Source of the DNA: Rikenellaceae bacterium
GTDB lineage: Bacteria; Bacteroidota; Bacteroidia; Bacteroidales; Rikenellaceae
Direction: 5' to 3'
Assembly: GCA_047178765.1 (NCBI GenBank)
Contig: JBCQTG010000001.1
Coordinates: 2,581 to 66,580 of the forward strand
Length of the DNA: 64,000 bases
The notes beneath the pieces were generated by a model. That model was not told where the DNA came from. It saw nothing but the letters and a program-made list of their open reading frames with translations, and did no database searches. Shown here in pieces: positions 1 to 11,200 of the stretch (the stretch's first letter is position 1; each line of letters opens with the position of its first letter). A program made the position numbers and the translations under genes.

Positions 1-1
1 T

Positions 2-130
2 GGTATAATAATCTCCGAGGGTAGCTACTTCTCAGTTGGTAAGATCGGCAGCGAGCAGATCGATGATTACGCTCAGCGCCGCGGGGTTAGTATTGATGAA
101 GTTAAGAGGTTGATTCCAAATAATTTATGA
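2..130 (+). CDS. metH: Cobalamin-dependent methionine synthase, C-terminal end (partial)
   Basis: Manual translation GIIISEGSYFSVGKIGSEQIDDYAQRRGVSIDEVKRLIPNNL* matches the MetH activation-domain C-terminus; ATGA overlap with metF. Confidence 0.85.
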   Translation, partial: GIIISEGSYFSVGKIGSEQIDDYAQRRGVSIDEVKRLIPNNL

Positions 131-1098
131 TTAAAGTAACAGAGATAATAAATGAGGCGGTAGAGCAGGGTCGCACCCGCTTTACCTTTGAGCTACTCCC
201 ACCACTAAAGGGTGCGGGGCTAGGTAGGATTTTCGAGGCTATCGACCCACTTATGGAGTTCGATCCAGCCTATATAAATATAACATATCACCGTGAGGAT
301 ATTGTCTCGCGAGAGTTGGCTGACGGCTCTATGGAGTGGCATGTGGCGCGCCATCGCCCCGGCACTGTGGGTGTCTCGGCAGCTATCCAGAGCAGGTATG
401 GTGTGCCAGCTGTTCCCCACTTGATATGTGGCGGATTGTCGAAGTATGACACTGAGGATGCCCTGATCGATATGGAGTTCTTGGGGATCAATAATGTCTT
501 GGCACTACAGGGTGACAAGTCGAAGAATGAGCGAATTTTCATGCCACACCAACATGGTCATAGCCACGCTGTGGGTCTGGTGAAGCAGATCGAAGCGATG
601 AATAGAGGTGAGTATCTCGATGCTGAGATTAGCGGCGAGGCGCACTGTAGCGACTTCTCGATAGGTGTTGCGGGGTACCCCGAGAGGCACTATGCGGCTA
701 AGAGCGATGAGAGCGACATTAAAAATCTAAAGGCTAAGGTAGATGCCGGGGCTGGATATGTGGTTACACAGATGTTCTACGATAATAGTCGCTACTTTGA
801 GTTTGTCAAGAGGTGCCGAGAGGCGGGGATCAATGTCCCTATTATCCCGGGAATCAAGCCCTTGTCAACATATAAACAGCTATCTATCCTCCCCGAGATA
901 TTCTCAATCACAATGCCCGAGGCGCTGGTTAAAGAGGTCGAGAGTGTAAAAGATGATGCAAAGGCGGTGAGAGAGGTTGGAATTGAGTGGGCAATAGCTC
1001 AGGGTCGCGAGTTAATGGCTGCGGGGGTGCCAGTGCTACACCTCTACACAATGAGTAAAACAACAAATATACAGCAGATCGCTAGGTCGCTGTTTTAA
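127..1098 (+). CDS. metF: 5,10-methylenetetrahydrofolate reductase
   Basis: FELLPP, PHLICGG, LALQGD, GVAGYPE, KVDAGA, TQMFYD, GIKP and HLYTM motifs. Confidence 0.95.
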   Translation: MIKVTEIINEAVEQGRTRFTFELLPPLKGAGLGRIFEAIDPLMEFDPAYINITYHREDIVSRELADGSMEWHVARHRPGTVGVSAAIQSRYGVPAVPHLICGGLSKYDTEDALIDMEFLGINNVLALQGDKSKNERIFMPHQHGHSHAVGLVKQIEAMNRGEYLDAEISGEAHCSDFSIGVAGYPERHYAAKSDESDIKNLKAKVDAGAGYVVTQMFYDNSRYFEFVKRCREAGINVPIIPGIKPLSTYKQLSILPEIFSITMPEALVKEVESVKDDAKAVREVGIEWAIAQGRELMAAGVPVLHLYTMSKTTNIQQIARSLF

Positions 1099-1102
1099 TG
1101 AT

Positions 1103-2218
1103 ATGATAACACCAATAGAATTCAGACGCCATCTACACCGCTACCCCGAGCTATCGTTCGAGGAGAGGGCAACAGCAGAGTATATCTCAGCCGCCTTGAC
1201 ACAGCTAGGTGTAGAGCATAGAGCAATCGCCTCAACAGGTGTATTGGCAAAGATCGAAGGTCGAGGAGACCTCAAAAGAGCGATCGTATTGAGAGCCGAC
1301 ATCGATGCTCTCCCAGTCACCGAGGCTACAGGGTTGGAGTACTCATCGCTGAACGATGGGGTTATGCACGCCTGTGGACACGATATGCACGCTGCTATTC
1401 TATATGGTGTGGTGCAGAGGCTCAGCGAGACGAGAGATTTCGAGGGGACAATATTTGCACTCTTCCAACCGGGTGAGGAGCGCAACCCCGGCGGAGCATC
1501 TCTGGTCTTGGCGGAGGAGCCATTTGCAGATTATGATGTTGTCGCTGTCGTTGGCGAACATGTTGAGGCTCAACTGCCTGTTGGAACCTTTGGTTTCAGA
1601 GAGGGTAAGTATATGGCATCGAGCGATGAGATACGATTTAATGTCTGTGGAGTGGGTGGTCACGGAGCTATGAGGCATAAGATCAAAGATCCAGTGCAGG
1701 GTGCTGCGGCTATGCTGCTCGATCTGATCGCCCTCAATAGAGAGGATTTGGTGTTGTCAATTGGAAAGGTTGTGGCAGATGGAGCAACCAATGTCATCCC
1801 CGAGAGTGTCTACCTTGAGGGTACAATGCGAACCTTCGATGAGGTGGAGCGTAAGCAGACAAAAGAGCGAATAGTTGAGATTGCAAGGGGTGTAGAGTCG
1901 AGATACGAGGGTATAGAGGTGAAGATCGACATTAGCCACGGCTTCCCATGTGTTGTCAACGATGCTCAGCTTGTTGAGCAGGCTGTGACCTTGGCAAAGG
2001 AGAGTTATAATGTAGAGATGCTACCCCTACGCACCACCTCAGAGGATTTTGGTTACTACACCACCCGCTACCCATCACTATTCTATCGAATAGGTGTGGC
2101 GGGAGAGAGAGCGGCAGGGGCGCCACATACAGCGCTCTTCTGCCCGAGTGAAGATGCCATAGGTATTGGTATCGATTTCATGTGTCTAACGGCACTAAAA
2201 ATTTTAGGTTATGAGTAG
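1103..2218 (+). CDS. M20D family amidohydrolase
   Basis: RRHLHRYPELS, LRADIDALP, MHACGHDMH, FQPGEE and SEDF motifs. Confidence 0.9.
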   Translation: MITPIEFRRHLHRYPELSFEERATAEYISAALTQLGVEHRAIASTGVLAKIEGRGDLKRAIVLRADIDALPVTEATGLEYSSLNDGVMHACGHDMHAAILYGVVQRLSETRDFEGTIFALFQPGEERNPGGASLVLAEEPFADYDVVAVVGEHVEAQLPVGTFGFREGKYMASSDEIRFNVCGVGGHGAMRHKIKDPVQGAAAMLLDLIALNREDLVLSIGKVVADGATNVIPESVYLEGTMRTFDEVERKQTKERIVEIARGVESRYEGIEVKIDISHGFPCVVNDAQLVEQAVTLAKESYNVEMLPLRTTSEDFGYYTTRYPSLFYRIGVAGERAAGAPHTALFCPSEDAIGIGIDFMCLTALKILGYE

Positions 2219-4361
2219 AAGAAAAAAGGCTACGGCAAGGATCGAAGGAGATCGCAAGGAGTTCCTATTGCAATTTATGCGTGAGCAACCCGAGAGGAAG
2301 TTTGCATTGAAACACCTTGCAGGTGCTATCGGAGCGAGTGATAAATATGGACGACGCGATACATTGGCGCTGCTGCATGATCTGGTTAACGATGGCGTTA
2401 TTGAGGAGAGTAGCAGAGGGCGATTTATGCTTGCTCAGGTCGAGAGACCGAGCTACCGCGGAAGGGTTATCATGTCAAATGCCGGGGTGATCTTCGTTAG
2501 CTGCGATGATCTTCATGAGGATGTACACATCTCACCCTTCAGAGCTAAGAATGCGCTACACGATGATATTGTTGAGTTTGTAATTTTGCGCTCATCTAAA
2601 CGTGATCGCAAGGCTGAGGGCGAGGTGACTGAGATTGTGGAGCGAAGCAATAAGATATATGTCGGCACAGCGATGGTCTCAGAGCGAAATATCTTTATCC
2701 GCCCCGCCTCACGAACACTGCCCCTCGATATATATATGAGCAAGAGGAGCAACCCCGAGGTTGAGGATGGTGTTAAGGTGACCTTCAGAATCAAGGAGTG
2801 GGCAGCGGGAAGTAAGAGTCCCTCAGCTGAACTGGTAAGTATATTAGGCATGGCGGGTAGTAACGACACAGAGATGCACGCCATACTCACGGAGTATGAC
2901 CTACCCTATCAGTTCCAGCCAGAGATTGAGCAGGCGGCAGAGGCTATTGCCGGGAGGATCACCGAGCAGGATTATGCCGAGAGGCGCGACTTTAGAGATG
3001 TTGTTACCTTTACGGTTGACCCTGCCGATGCTAAGGATTTCGATGATGCCCTCTCTCTGCGCAGGGTTAAAGATGGAGTGTGGGAGGTTGGTGTTCATAT
3101 CGCTGATGTGACACACTATGTACGCCCCGGATCGGTGATCGAGAGTGAGGCTAAGGAGCGTGCGACATCTGTCTATCTGGTCGATAGGACTGTCCCTATG
3201 CTCCCAGAGAGGTTGTCGAATGAACTATGCTCTTTGCGCCCTAACGAGGAGTCACTGTGCTTCTCTGCGGTCTTTACAATTAACGAGAATATAGAGATCT
3301 TAGAGGAGTGGTTTGGTCGCACGGTGATCTACTCCGACAGACGATTTACCTATGCCGAGGCACAGGAGATTATCGAGGGCAAACCGGGTGATTATCAAGA
3401 TGAGATCCGCACGATGAATAGATTAGCTCAGGCTCTACGCGCTGAGAGGTTCAAGGCGGGTGCGATAGGTTTCGAGCGTGAGGAGATGAAGTTTGAACTC
3501 GATGAACAGGGGCGTCCCGTAGGTGTCTATGTCAAGGAGGCTAAGGAGTCAAACAAGATGATCGAGGAGTTTATGTTGCTTGCCAATAGGCGAGTAGCTG
3601 AGTTCTGCGCAATGAAGATAGGGGCTAAGAGACGTAGTAAACGTACGATGGTTTTCCGTATCCACGATAAGCCCGATGAGGAGCGCTTGGAGAGCTTCCG
3701 CAGCTTTATCCTCCGCTTTGGACACTACTTCAAGGCGTCAAAGGGTGTTGCTGTGGCTAAGGAGTTGAATAAACTTCTCAGCACAATCAAGGGATCGACG
3801 GAGGAGAATGTTGTCTCGATGTTGGCTATTCGCTCGATGGCTAAGGCGGTCTACTCGACCGATAATATCGGTCACTATGGATTGGCTTTCCCCTACTATA
3901 CACACTTCACCTCACCCATCCGCCGCTACCCCGATATGATGGTCCACCGACTGCTGGCACACTACCTCGATGGAGGAAAGTCGGTAGCTAAGGATGAGTA
4001 TGAGGGGTTGTGTAAACACTCCTCGGAGCGAGAGGTTGTTGCGGCAAATGCTGAGCGCGCCTCAATCAAGTATAAGGCGGTTGAGTTTATGAAGGATCGA
4101 ATGGATGATGAGTTTGATGGACATATCTCAGGCATGAAGGAGTGGGGAATCTTTGTGGAGGTTGATGATACACATATCGAGGGAATGATCCCAATCAGGG
4201 AGCTAGGCGATGACTACTACATCTTCGATGAGGAGAACTATGAGTTTGTGGGTCGCTCATCAAGAGAGACCTTCACCCTTGGCGATGCTGTGAGGGTAAG
4301 GATCAAGAGGGCTGATCTGGATAAGAGGATGTTGGATTTTGCACTAGTTAGCAAACTGTAA
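2211..4361 (+). CDS. rnr: Ribonuclease R
   Basis: DPADAKDFDDA, VHIADV, IEEFMLLAN and YTHFTSPIRRYPD motifs; C-terminal S1 domain. Confidence 0.95.
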   Translation: MSRRKKATARIEGDRKEFLLQFMREQPERKFALKHLAGAIGASDKYGRRDTLALLHDLVNDGVIEESSRGRFMLAQVERPSYRGRVIMSNAGVIFVSCDDLHEDVHISPFRAKNALHDDIVEFVILRSSKRDRKAEGEVTEIVERSNKIYVGTAMVSERNIFIRPASRTLPLDIYMSKRSNPEVEDGVKVTFRIKEWAAGSKSPSAELVSILGMAGSNDTEMHAILTEYDLPYQFQPEIEQAAEAIAGRITEQDYAERRDFRDVVTFTVDPADAKDFDDALSLRRVKDGVWEVGVHIADVTHYVRPGSVIESEAKERATSVYLVDRTVPMLPERLSNELCSLRPNEESLCFSAVFTINENIEILEEWFGRTVIYSDRRFTYAEAQEIIEGKPGDYQDEIRTMNRLAQALRAERFKAGAIGFEREEMKFELDEQGRPVGVYVKEAKESNKMIEEFMLLANRRVAEFCAMKIGAKRRSKRTMVFRIHDKPDEERLESFRSFILRFGHYFKASKGVAVAKELNKLLSTIKGSTEENVVSMLAIRSMAKAVYSTDNIGHYGLAFPYYTHFTSPIRRYPDMMVHRLLAHYLDGGKSVAKDEYEGLCKHSSEREVVAANAERASIKYKAVEFMKDRMDDEFDGHISGMKEWGIFVEVDDTHIEGMIPIRELGDDYYIFDEENYEFVGRSSRETFTLGDAVRVRIKRADLDKRMLDFALVSKL

Positions 4362-4413
4362 CGAAGATCAATAAAAAAACATCCAATTTGTTGTAAATCA
4401 AATAAAGATTGAT

Positions 4414-4421
4414 TAACTTTG
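4414..4421 (+). promoter_or_regulatory. Bacteroidota -7 promoter element for rpsA
   Basis: TAACTTTG matches TAnnTTTG; TTTGTTG at 4387-4393 upstream. Confidence 0.7.
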
Positions 4422-4513
4422 CGGTGATTTTCTCAGTGCTTAACTGAGAGGATCGCCACAAATTATATAACATTAAATTTTAACGAGCGATTGAATCGCA
4501 AATTTTTTCCACC

Positions 4514-6301
4514 ATGGAGAACATGAATGTAACAAACGAAAATTTTGATTGGGCAGCTTTTGAGAATGAGTCAGCCCTTTATGACCAACCAAAAGAGTCT
4601 ATCGCTGAGGCGTATAACAAGACCCTTTCAAGCGTAAACGTTGGTGAGGTTGTTGATGGCGTAGTGACTAGCATCACAAAGCGTGAGGTAGTTGTTAACG
4701 TAGGATACAAGAGCGAGGGTGTTATCTCTAGCTCTGAGTTCCGCTACAACCCTGAGCTAGCAGTAGGCGACAGCATCGAGGTATATGTAGATGCAGCTGA
4801 GGATAGCGAGGGACAGCTAGCATTGTCTCACAAGAAGGCTCGTCAGCTTAAGTCTTGGGATTGCGTTAACGCAGCTTTGGACAACGACGAGATTATCAAT
4901 GGATATATCAAGTGCCGCACTAAGGGTGGTATGATTGTCGATGTATTTGGAATCGAGGCATTCTTGCCCGGCTCACAGATCGATGTTAAGCCTATCCGCG
5001 ACTACGATGAGTTCGTAGGTAAGACTATGGAGTTCAAGGTTGTTAAGATCAACCACGAGTTCCGCAACGTTGTCGTATCTCACAAGGCTCTTATCGAGGC
5101 TGAGCTTGAGGTTCAGAAGCAGGCTATTATGTCTAAGTTGGAGAAGGGACAGATCCTTGAGGGTACTGTTAAGAATATCACCTCTTACGGAGCATTTATC
5201 GACCTTGGCGGTGTAGATGGTTTGATCCACATCACCGATCTATCTTGGGGTCGTGTAAGCCACCCAGAGGAGGTTGTAACTTTGGATGAGAAGATCAACG
5301 TTGTTATCCTCGACTTCGACGAGGAGAAGAAGCGTATCGCATTGGGTCTTAAGCAGCTTTCTGCCCACCCATGGGAGGCTTTGGATGCAAACTTCGCTGT
5401 TGGCGACAAGGTTACAGGTAAGGTTGTCGTAATGGCAGACTACGGTGCATTTGTTGAGTTGGCTTCAGGCGTTGAGGGTCTAATCCACGTATCTGAGATG
5501 TCTTGGGGACAGCACCCATTGCGCTCAGCTCAGGAGTTTATGAAGGTAGGCGATGAGGTTGAGGCTGTGGTATTGACATTGGATCGCGAGGAGCGCAAGA
5601 TGTCTTTGGGTATCAAGCAGTTGACTCCAGACCCATGGGCAAACATCGAGGTTAAGTACCCAGCAGGAACAATCTGCAAGTCTAAGGTTCGTAACTTCAC
5701 TAACTTCGGTATCTTCGTTGAGATCGAGGAGGGTATCGATGGTTTGATCCACATCTCTGACCTTAGCTGGACTAAGAAGGTTAAGCATCCGGGAGAGTTC
5801 ACCTCTGTAGGCGCACCAATCGACGTAGTCGTATTGGAGGTTGATAAAGAGAGCCGCCGTTTGAGCCTTGGTCACAAGCAGTTGGAGGAGAATCCATGGA
5901 ACGAGTATGAGTCACAGTATGGCAACGGAACAATCCACACAGGTACTATCACTGAGATGGGCGAGAAGGGTGCTGTTGTATCATTGGCTGAGAACATCGA
6001 GGGATTTGCACCCGGTCGTCACTTGGTTAAAGAGGATGGAACAACAGCTGTTGCTGGCGAGACTTTGGAGTTCAAGGTTATCGAGTTCTCTAAGGCTACT
6101 AAGCGTATCACATTGTCTCACTCACGTATCGCTGAGGACATCAAGCGTGGCGAGGAGAGGGTTGAGAAGGCTGAGAAGCGTGCAGCAAATGACGCTACAA
6201 AGTCAAGCGTAAAGAAGCTAAATGCATCAATCGAAAAGGCTACATTGGGCGATATTGCTGGTCTAGCTGAGCTAAAGGCTGCAATGGAGAAGAACAAGTA
6301 G
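4514..6301 (+). CDS. rpsA: 30S ribosomal protein S1
   Basis: Six S1 repeats, AFLPGSQID, GLIHITDLSW, C-terminal ATLGDI. Confidence 0.97.
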   Translation: MENMNVTNENFDWAAFENESALYDQPKESIAEAYNKTLSSVNVGEVVDGVVTSITKREVVVNVGYKSEGVISSSEFRYNPELAVGDSIEVYVDAAEDSEGQLALSHKKARQLKSWDCVNAALDNDEIINGYIKCRTKGGMIVDVFGIEAFLPGSQIDVKPIRDYDEFVGKTMEFKVVKINHEFRNVVVSHKALIEAELEVQKQAIMSKLEKGQILEGTVKNITSYGAFIDLGGVDGLIHITDLSWGRVSHPEEVVTLDEKINVVILDFDEEKKRIALGLKQLSAHPWEALDANFAVGDKVTGKVVVMADYGAFVELASGVEGLIHVSEMSWGQHPLRSAQEFMKVGDEVEAVVLTLDREERKMSLGIKQLTPDPWANIEVKYPAGTICKSKVRNFTNFGIFVEIEEGIDGLIHISDLSWTKKVKHPGEFTSVGAPIDVVVLEVDKESRRLSLGHKQLEENPWNEYESQYGNGTIHTGTITEMGEKGAVVSLAENIEGFAPGRHLVKEDGTTAVAGETLEFKVIEFSKATKRITLSHSRIAEDIKRGEERVEKAEKRAANDATKSSVKKLNASIEKATLGDIAGLAELKAAMEKNK

Positions 6302-6323
6302 TAATATACTTCGTTAATTATAT

Positions 6324-6360
6324 TGGGGGCGACAAGATAAACTTGTCGCCCCCATCTTTT
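6324..6360 (+). terminator. Intrinsic terminator between convergent rpsA and truA
   Basis: TGGGGGCGACAAG-ATAAA-CTTGTCGCCCCCA (13 bp stem) followed by TCTTTT. Confidence 0.85.
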
Positions 6361-6375
6361 GATTGTATGCTGAGA

Positions 6376-7098
6376 CTACTCGTATAGGATACCACTTAGG
6401 CGCAACCCCGATGAGGGTGCTGAGCTAGAGGATAGCGAGAGGTCGCGTTGAGCTATGATCTGATCAAATTGTTGAGGTGTATATCTCCCTCGTCCTACAT
6501 CGACAAGTGTTCCGACAATAGAGCGAACCATATTTCGCAGGAATCGATCGGCACGAATAGTAAAAATAATCTCACTGCCACACACAACCCACTCTGCATA
6601 TCTAACCTGACATATATTTGTCTTGTTATCTGAGCCTAATTTAGCGAATGAGGTGAAATCGCTGTGATTGAGCAACATTGCCGCAGCCTCGTTCATCGCC
6701 TCCACATCTAGGGGCGAGGTATATAACCATGTTGTATGGTGGTGAAACGGCGTTTTTTTACGCGTAATAACATATATATATTCACGCTCTGTAGCATCAA
6801 AGCGAGCATGTTTACTGGACTCATAGATGCGATGGATAGCGATTGATCGCGGCAGCACACGGTTGAGTTTATAGCACAACTGCTCCATATCTATACTACC
6901 CTCAAAGTCGAAGTGGGCGACATAGAAGGAGGCGTGGACACCACTATCGGTACGTCCAGCACCGACAATATCTATCGCCACACCAAGCAACTTAGCCATC
7001 CACTCTTCGAGGACCCCCTGAACAGTTACCGCATTGGGCTGTCGCTGCCAACCGCAGAACTCTGTCCCATCATAACTCAACTCTACAAAATATCTCAT
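6376..7098 (-). CDS. truA: tRNA pseudouridine(38-40) synthase
   Basis: YDGTEFCGWQRQ, GAGRTDSGVHA, HARFDA and FLRNMVR motifs. Confidence 0.95.
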   Translation of the reverse strand: MRYFVELSYDGTEFCGWQRQPNAVTVQGVLEEWMAKLLGVAIDIVGAGRTDSGVHASFYVAHFDFEGSIDMEQLCYKLNRVLPRSIAIHRIYESSKHARFDATEREYIYVITRKKTPFHHHTTWLYTSPLDVEAMNEAAAMLLNHSDFTSFAKLGSDNKTNICQVRYAEWVVCGSEIIFTIRADRFLRNMVRSIVGTLVDVGRGRYTPQQFDQIIAQRDLSLSSSSAPSSGLRLSGILYE

Positions 7099-8156
7099 AA
7101 CGAATATAGACTTAATGCTCCCGATCGATCAAGTCGATACCAAGAGCGGTCAACAGAGGCTACAGCCCCATCACAATCAAAATTACACGCCAGATCAAAC
7201 ATCGCTGGGATAACAACTACCCCACTCTCGCAACTACGATAGCCCCAATAACCCCCATCTTCAAAGATCTCCACCTCACCATTGATCGAGGCATCTCTGC
7301 AGATAAATCTCAATAATTGGGGCAGACGGTCGATAACAATAGGAGATCTACGCAACTCATTAACCATCGCCAAATGAGCCACCCTGCCCCCGCGCTTCAA
7401 CAGATCTACGACTCCAGCCACCATAACATCACCACCCAAATTCTCACCATCGAGAAGCAGTGAGTCGAGAGATCGACCCCCTCGATATAGCCCCAAATCG
7501 AGACTCAACGCAGCCAGCGTAACAGAGAGGAGAGCGATAGAGAAGTCATCTATACGGTGATGGAAATGCTCCACCCCGCGCTCAGGCGATTGATATGCTG
7601 AGTGTCCGATATCATCGGAGCAACACCCCTCAAGTTCGGGGATAAAATTGGAGTCATTATCAATAAGCAACAGATCACCCTCAGGTGTAACAACAATATT
7701 CTCACAACAAATATCACCATGCGCCCAGTGAGACTCAACAATATCCATTGCCAATCTATCGAAACGATGAGAGATCTCAGTAATGATTCTCTCGCCATCA
7801 CGATGGTGTGCAGCATCATGAACCACATCGGAGAGGGTTCTACCCTCGACCCAAGGGGTCATAACAACATCTACTCTACACACATCACCGCCATGATCGA
7901 CTATAAACTCCTCAGGATAGTACATCCCACCGTAGATCTCCCGCAGATAGGACTTAGCCCTGACATAAAAACGGAGTGCCATAGCCTGCTCATCATCACC
8001 AGCAACGAGCGGTACAACCACAACACTACTGCCGATATAACTCTCGACACAGCCATTTGCATCACATCGCAGATCGACACCTCTCAATGTACGAAAGCGA
8101 CCCTCTACACCACAATTCAAAGAGTCGATAACCCTACTAACAAATGTTGTAACCAT
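7095..8156 (-). CDS. Protein-kinase-like protein with a C-terminal WG-repeat-like segment
   Basis: VMTPWVEGRTL hinge, HGDICCENI catalytic loop, LLLIDND, YQSPER, IDDFS; YWGY..VVIPAMFD at the end. Start moved to ATG 8156 because the upstream ATG lies in a terminator. Confidence 0.7.
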   Translation of the reverse strand: MVTTFVSRVIDSLNCGVEGRFRTLRGVDLRCDANGCVESYIGSSVVVVPLVAGDDEQAMALRFYVRAKSYLREIYGGMYYPEEFIVDHGGDVCRVDVVMTPWVEGRTLSDVVHDAAHHRDGERIITEISHRFDRLAMDIVESHWAHGDICCENIVVTPEGDLLLIDNDSNFIPELEGCCSDDIGHSAYQSPERGVEHFHHRIDDFSIALLSVTLAALSLDLGLYRGGRSLDSLLLDGENLGGDVMVAGVVDLLKRGGRVAHLAMVNELRRSPIVIDRLPQLLRFICRDASINGEVEIFEDGGYWGYRSCESGVVVIPAMFDLACNFDCDGAVASVDRSWYRLDRSGALSLYSL

Positions 8157-8163
8157 ACTACCA

Positions 8164-8208
8164 TCAAAACAGAGATGGGGCAACCACAAATGTAGCCGCC
8201 CCATCTCT
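8164..8208 (-). terminator. rpoC terminator hairpin
   Basis: AGAGATGGGGC...GCCCCATCTCT followed by GTTTTG on the minus strand; G-U pairs extend the stem on that strand. Confidence 0.7.
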
Positions 8209-8234
8209 CTAAATATATCTATTCACTACTCTCC

Positions 8235-11200
8235 CTATAGCTCAGCTACAACCTCTCTCTTCTGAGAGACCAATAGCGACTCATACTCTCGTAGACCTGT
8301 TCCTCCGGGGATCAAATGACCACAGATAACATTCTCCTTCAAGTTAACAAATGGGTCGATCTTACCCTGTATAGCAGCCTCATTAAGGACCTTTGTCGTC
8401 TCTTGGAACGATGCTGCCGAGATAAAGCTCGATGTCTGAAGAGCCGCCCTAGTGATACCCTGAAGAACCTGATTAGATGTTGCGGGAACGATTGGACGAA
8501 CCTCTACAAGAGCCATATCCTTACGTCTCAACATTGAGTTCTCATCATTGAGTCGACGCAATGAGACAATCTCACCGACCTGCATCAACGAAGAGTCACC
8601 AGCGTTGGTAATTACAACCTTATCATATAGCTCATCATTAGAGTCCATAAACTCCCACTTATCAACCACCTGATCCTCAAAGAACTGAGTATCTCCAGCA
8701 TCCTCGATCTTCACCTTGCTCATCATCTGACGAACTATAACCTCAAAGTGCTTGTCATTGATCTTCACACCCTGCATACGGTATACCTCCTGCACCTCAT
8801 TAACGATATGCTCCTGAACCAATGTTGGTCCCAAGATACGAAGAATATCCGCTGGTGTAATTGCTCCATCTGACAATGGGTTTCCAGCCTTAACATAGTC
8901 ATTCTCCTGAACGATGATCTGACGTGAAAGTGGCACCAAATACCTCTTAACATCTCCGTCACGGCTAGTGATGATGATCTCACGGTTACCTCTCTTGATC
9001 TTACCGAATGATACCTCACCATCGATCTCCGACACAATTGCAGGGTTAGATGGGTTACGAGCCTCAAACAGCTCGGTAACACGTGGTAGACCTCCGGTAA
9101 TATCACCTCCCGACTTACCTACAGCACGTGGGATCTTGATGATAATGTCGCCAGCCTTAACCTTCGCCTTATCCTTAACAACAACGTGTGCCAACACCGG
9201 AAGGTTCAACGCCTTAAGGATTGTTCCACCCGCCTTATCTAAGATCTTGATAACTGGGTTCTTTGTTCTATCCTTGCTCTCGATGATTACACGCTCCGAG
9301 AGACCAGTCTGCTCATCACGCTCCTCACGATATGTTATACCCTCAATCACACTATCATAAGCGATGACTCCATCATTCTCTGAGATAACAACCGCATTAT
9401 ATGGATCCCACTCACAGATCAAATCACCCGACTTAATGGTCGCACCATCCTCAACAAAGAGTGTTGAACCATATGGCAACGCATGTGTATAGAGTACAAT
9501 CTCGGTCTTTGGATCGACAATCCTAAACTCCGACTGGCGCGAAACAACCAAATTGATCGCCTCACCCTGTGCATTCTTCGAGGCTATTGTTCTCAACTCA
9601 TCGATCTCAATCTTACCCTCATACTTTGAGATAACATTGGTCTCGACAGTCGATCCTCCCGCAACTCCACCGACGTGGAATGTACGTAGAGTAAGCTGTG
9701 TTCCCGGCTCACCGATAGACTGCGCTGCGATAACACCCACAACCTCACCCCTCTGAACCATACGTCCCGAGGCTAGGTTACGACCATAACACCTTGCACA
9801 AACACCATTGCGCGACTCACAAGTAAGTACCGAACGGATCTCAACAGACTCCAATGGTGAGTTCTCGATCTTCTCTCCGATCTCCTCAGTGATCTCCTCT
9901 CCAGCACCACAAAGCAACTCACCTGTCAATGGGTGGATAATATCGTTCAACGCTGTACGACCCAAAATACGGTCATATAGTGTCTGCACCACATCCTCGT
10001 TTCTCTTGATCGCCTTAGCAATCAGACCACGCAATGTACCACAGTCGGTATCCTTGATGATAACATCCTGTGCAACATCGACCAACCTACGTGTCAAATA
10101 TCCAGCATCGGCAGTCTTAAGAGCGGTATCGGCAAGTCCCTTACGCGCACCGTGGGTAGAGATAAAGTACTCCAATACCGTTAGTCCCTCCTTAAAGTTC
10201 GACAAGATAGGGTTCTCGATAACCTGCTGTCCTCCCTCGACTCCAGACTTCTGAGGCTTAGCCATCAATCCACGCATTCCTGAGAGCTGACGAATCTGCT
10301 CCTTCGATCCACGCGCTCCAGAGTCAAGCATCATATATACTGGGTTGAATCCATCCTGATCGGCGATCAACGTATCGATTACCGTCTTGGTCAACTTAGA
10401 GTTGATATTTGTCCAGACATCAATGATCTGGTTATACCTCTCGTTGTTGGTGATAAGACCCATATTATAGTCATCCATGATGGCATCGGCTCTCTCATAC
10501 CCCTCATTGACCAAAGTCTCCTTCTCATCGGGGATAATCACCGCATCGAGGTTAAATGACAATCCACCTTGGAACGCCATTCTATAACCCATCGACTTAA
10601 TATCATCAAGGAAAGCTGCAACCTTAGCCGATCCAGCGATCTTCATCACAACGGTGATAATATCGCGCATAGATCGCTTAGTTAGCACCTCATTGATATA
10701 GCCAACCTCTTTAGGCACAACTTGATTGAACAATATTCTACCTATTGTAGTCTCGATAAGCTGCTCCTCCAACTCGCCACTCTCATTGAGATTATCAACC
10801 TTACACTTCACTATTGCGTGAAGCGCTGCTCTCTTCTCGTTGTAGGCAATGATAGCCTCCTCAGGACCATAGAAGGTCAATCCCTCACCCTTAGCGCCTT
10901 TTCGAGGCTTAGTGATATAGTAGAGACCCAACACCATGTCCTGTGAAGGGACAGTGATTGGCGCACCATTCGCTGGGTTCAAGATGTTGTGTGATCCCAA
11001 CATAAGCATCTGAGCCTCCAAGATCGCGGCGTTGCCCAATGGCAAGTGGACCGCCATCTGGTCACCATCGAAGTCGGCATTAAACGCCGTACATGACAAT
11101 GGGTGCAACTGCATAGCCTTACCCTCGATCAACTTAGGCTGGAACGCCTGAATTCCCAAACGGTGAAGAGTCGGAGCGCGGTTCATCAAGACAGGGTGTC

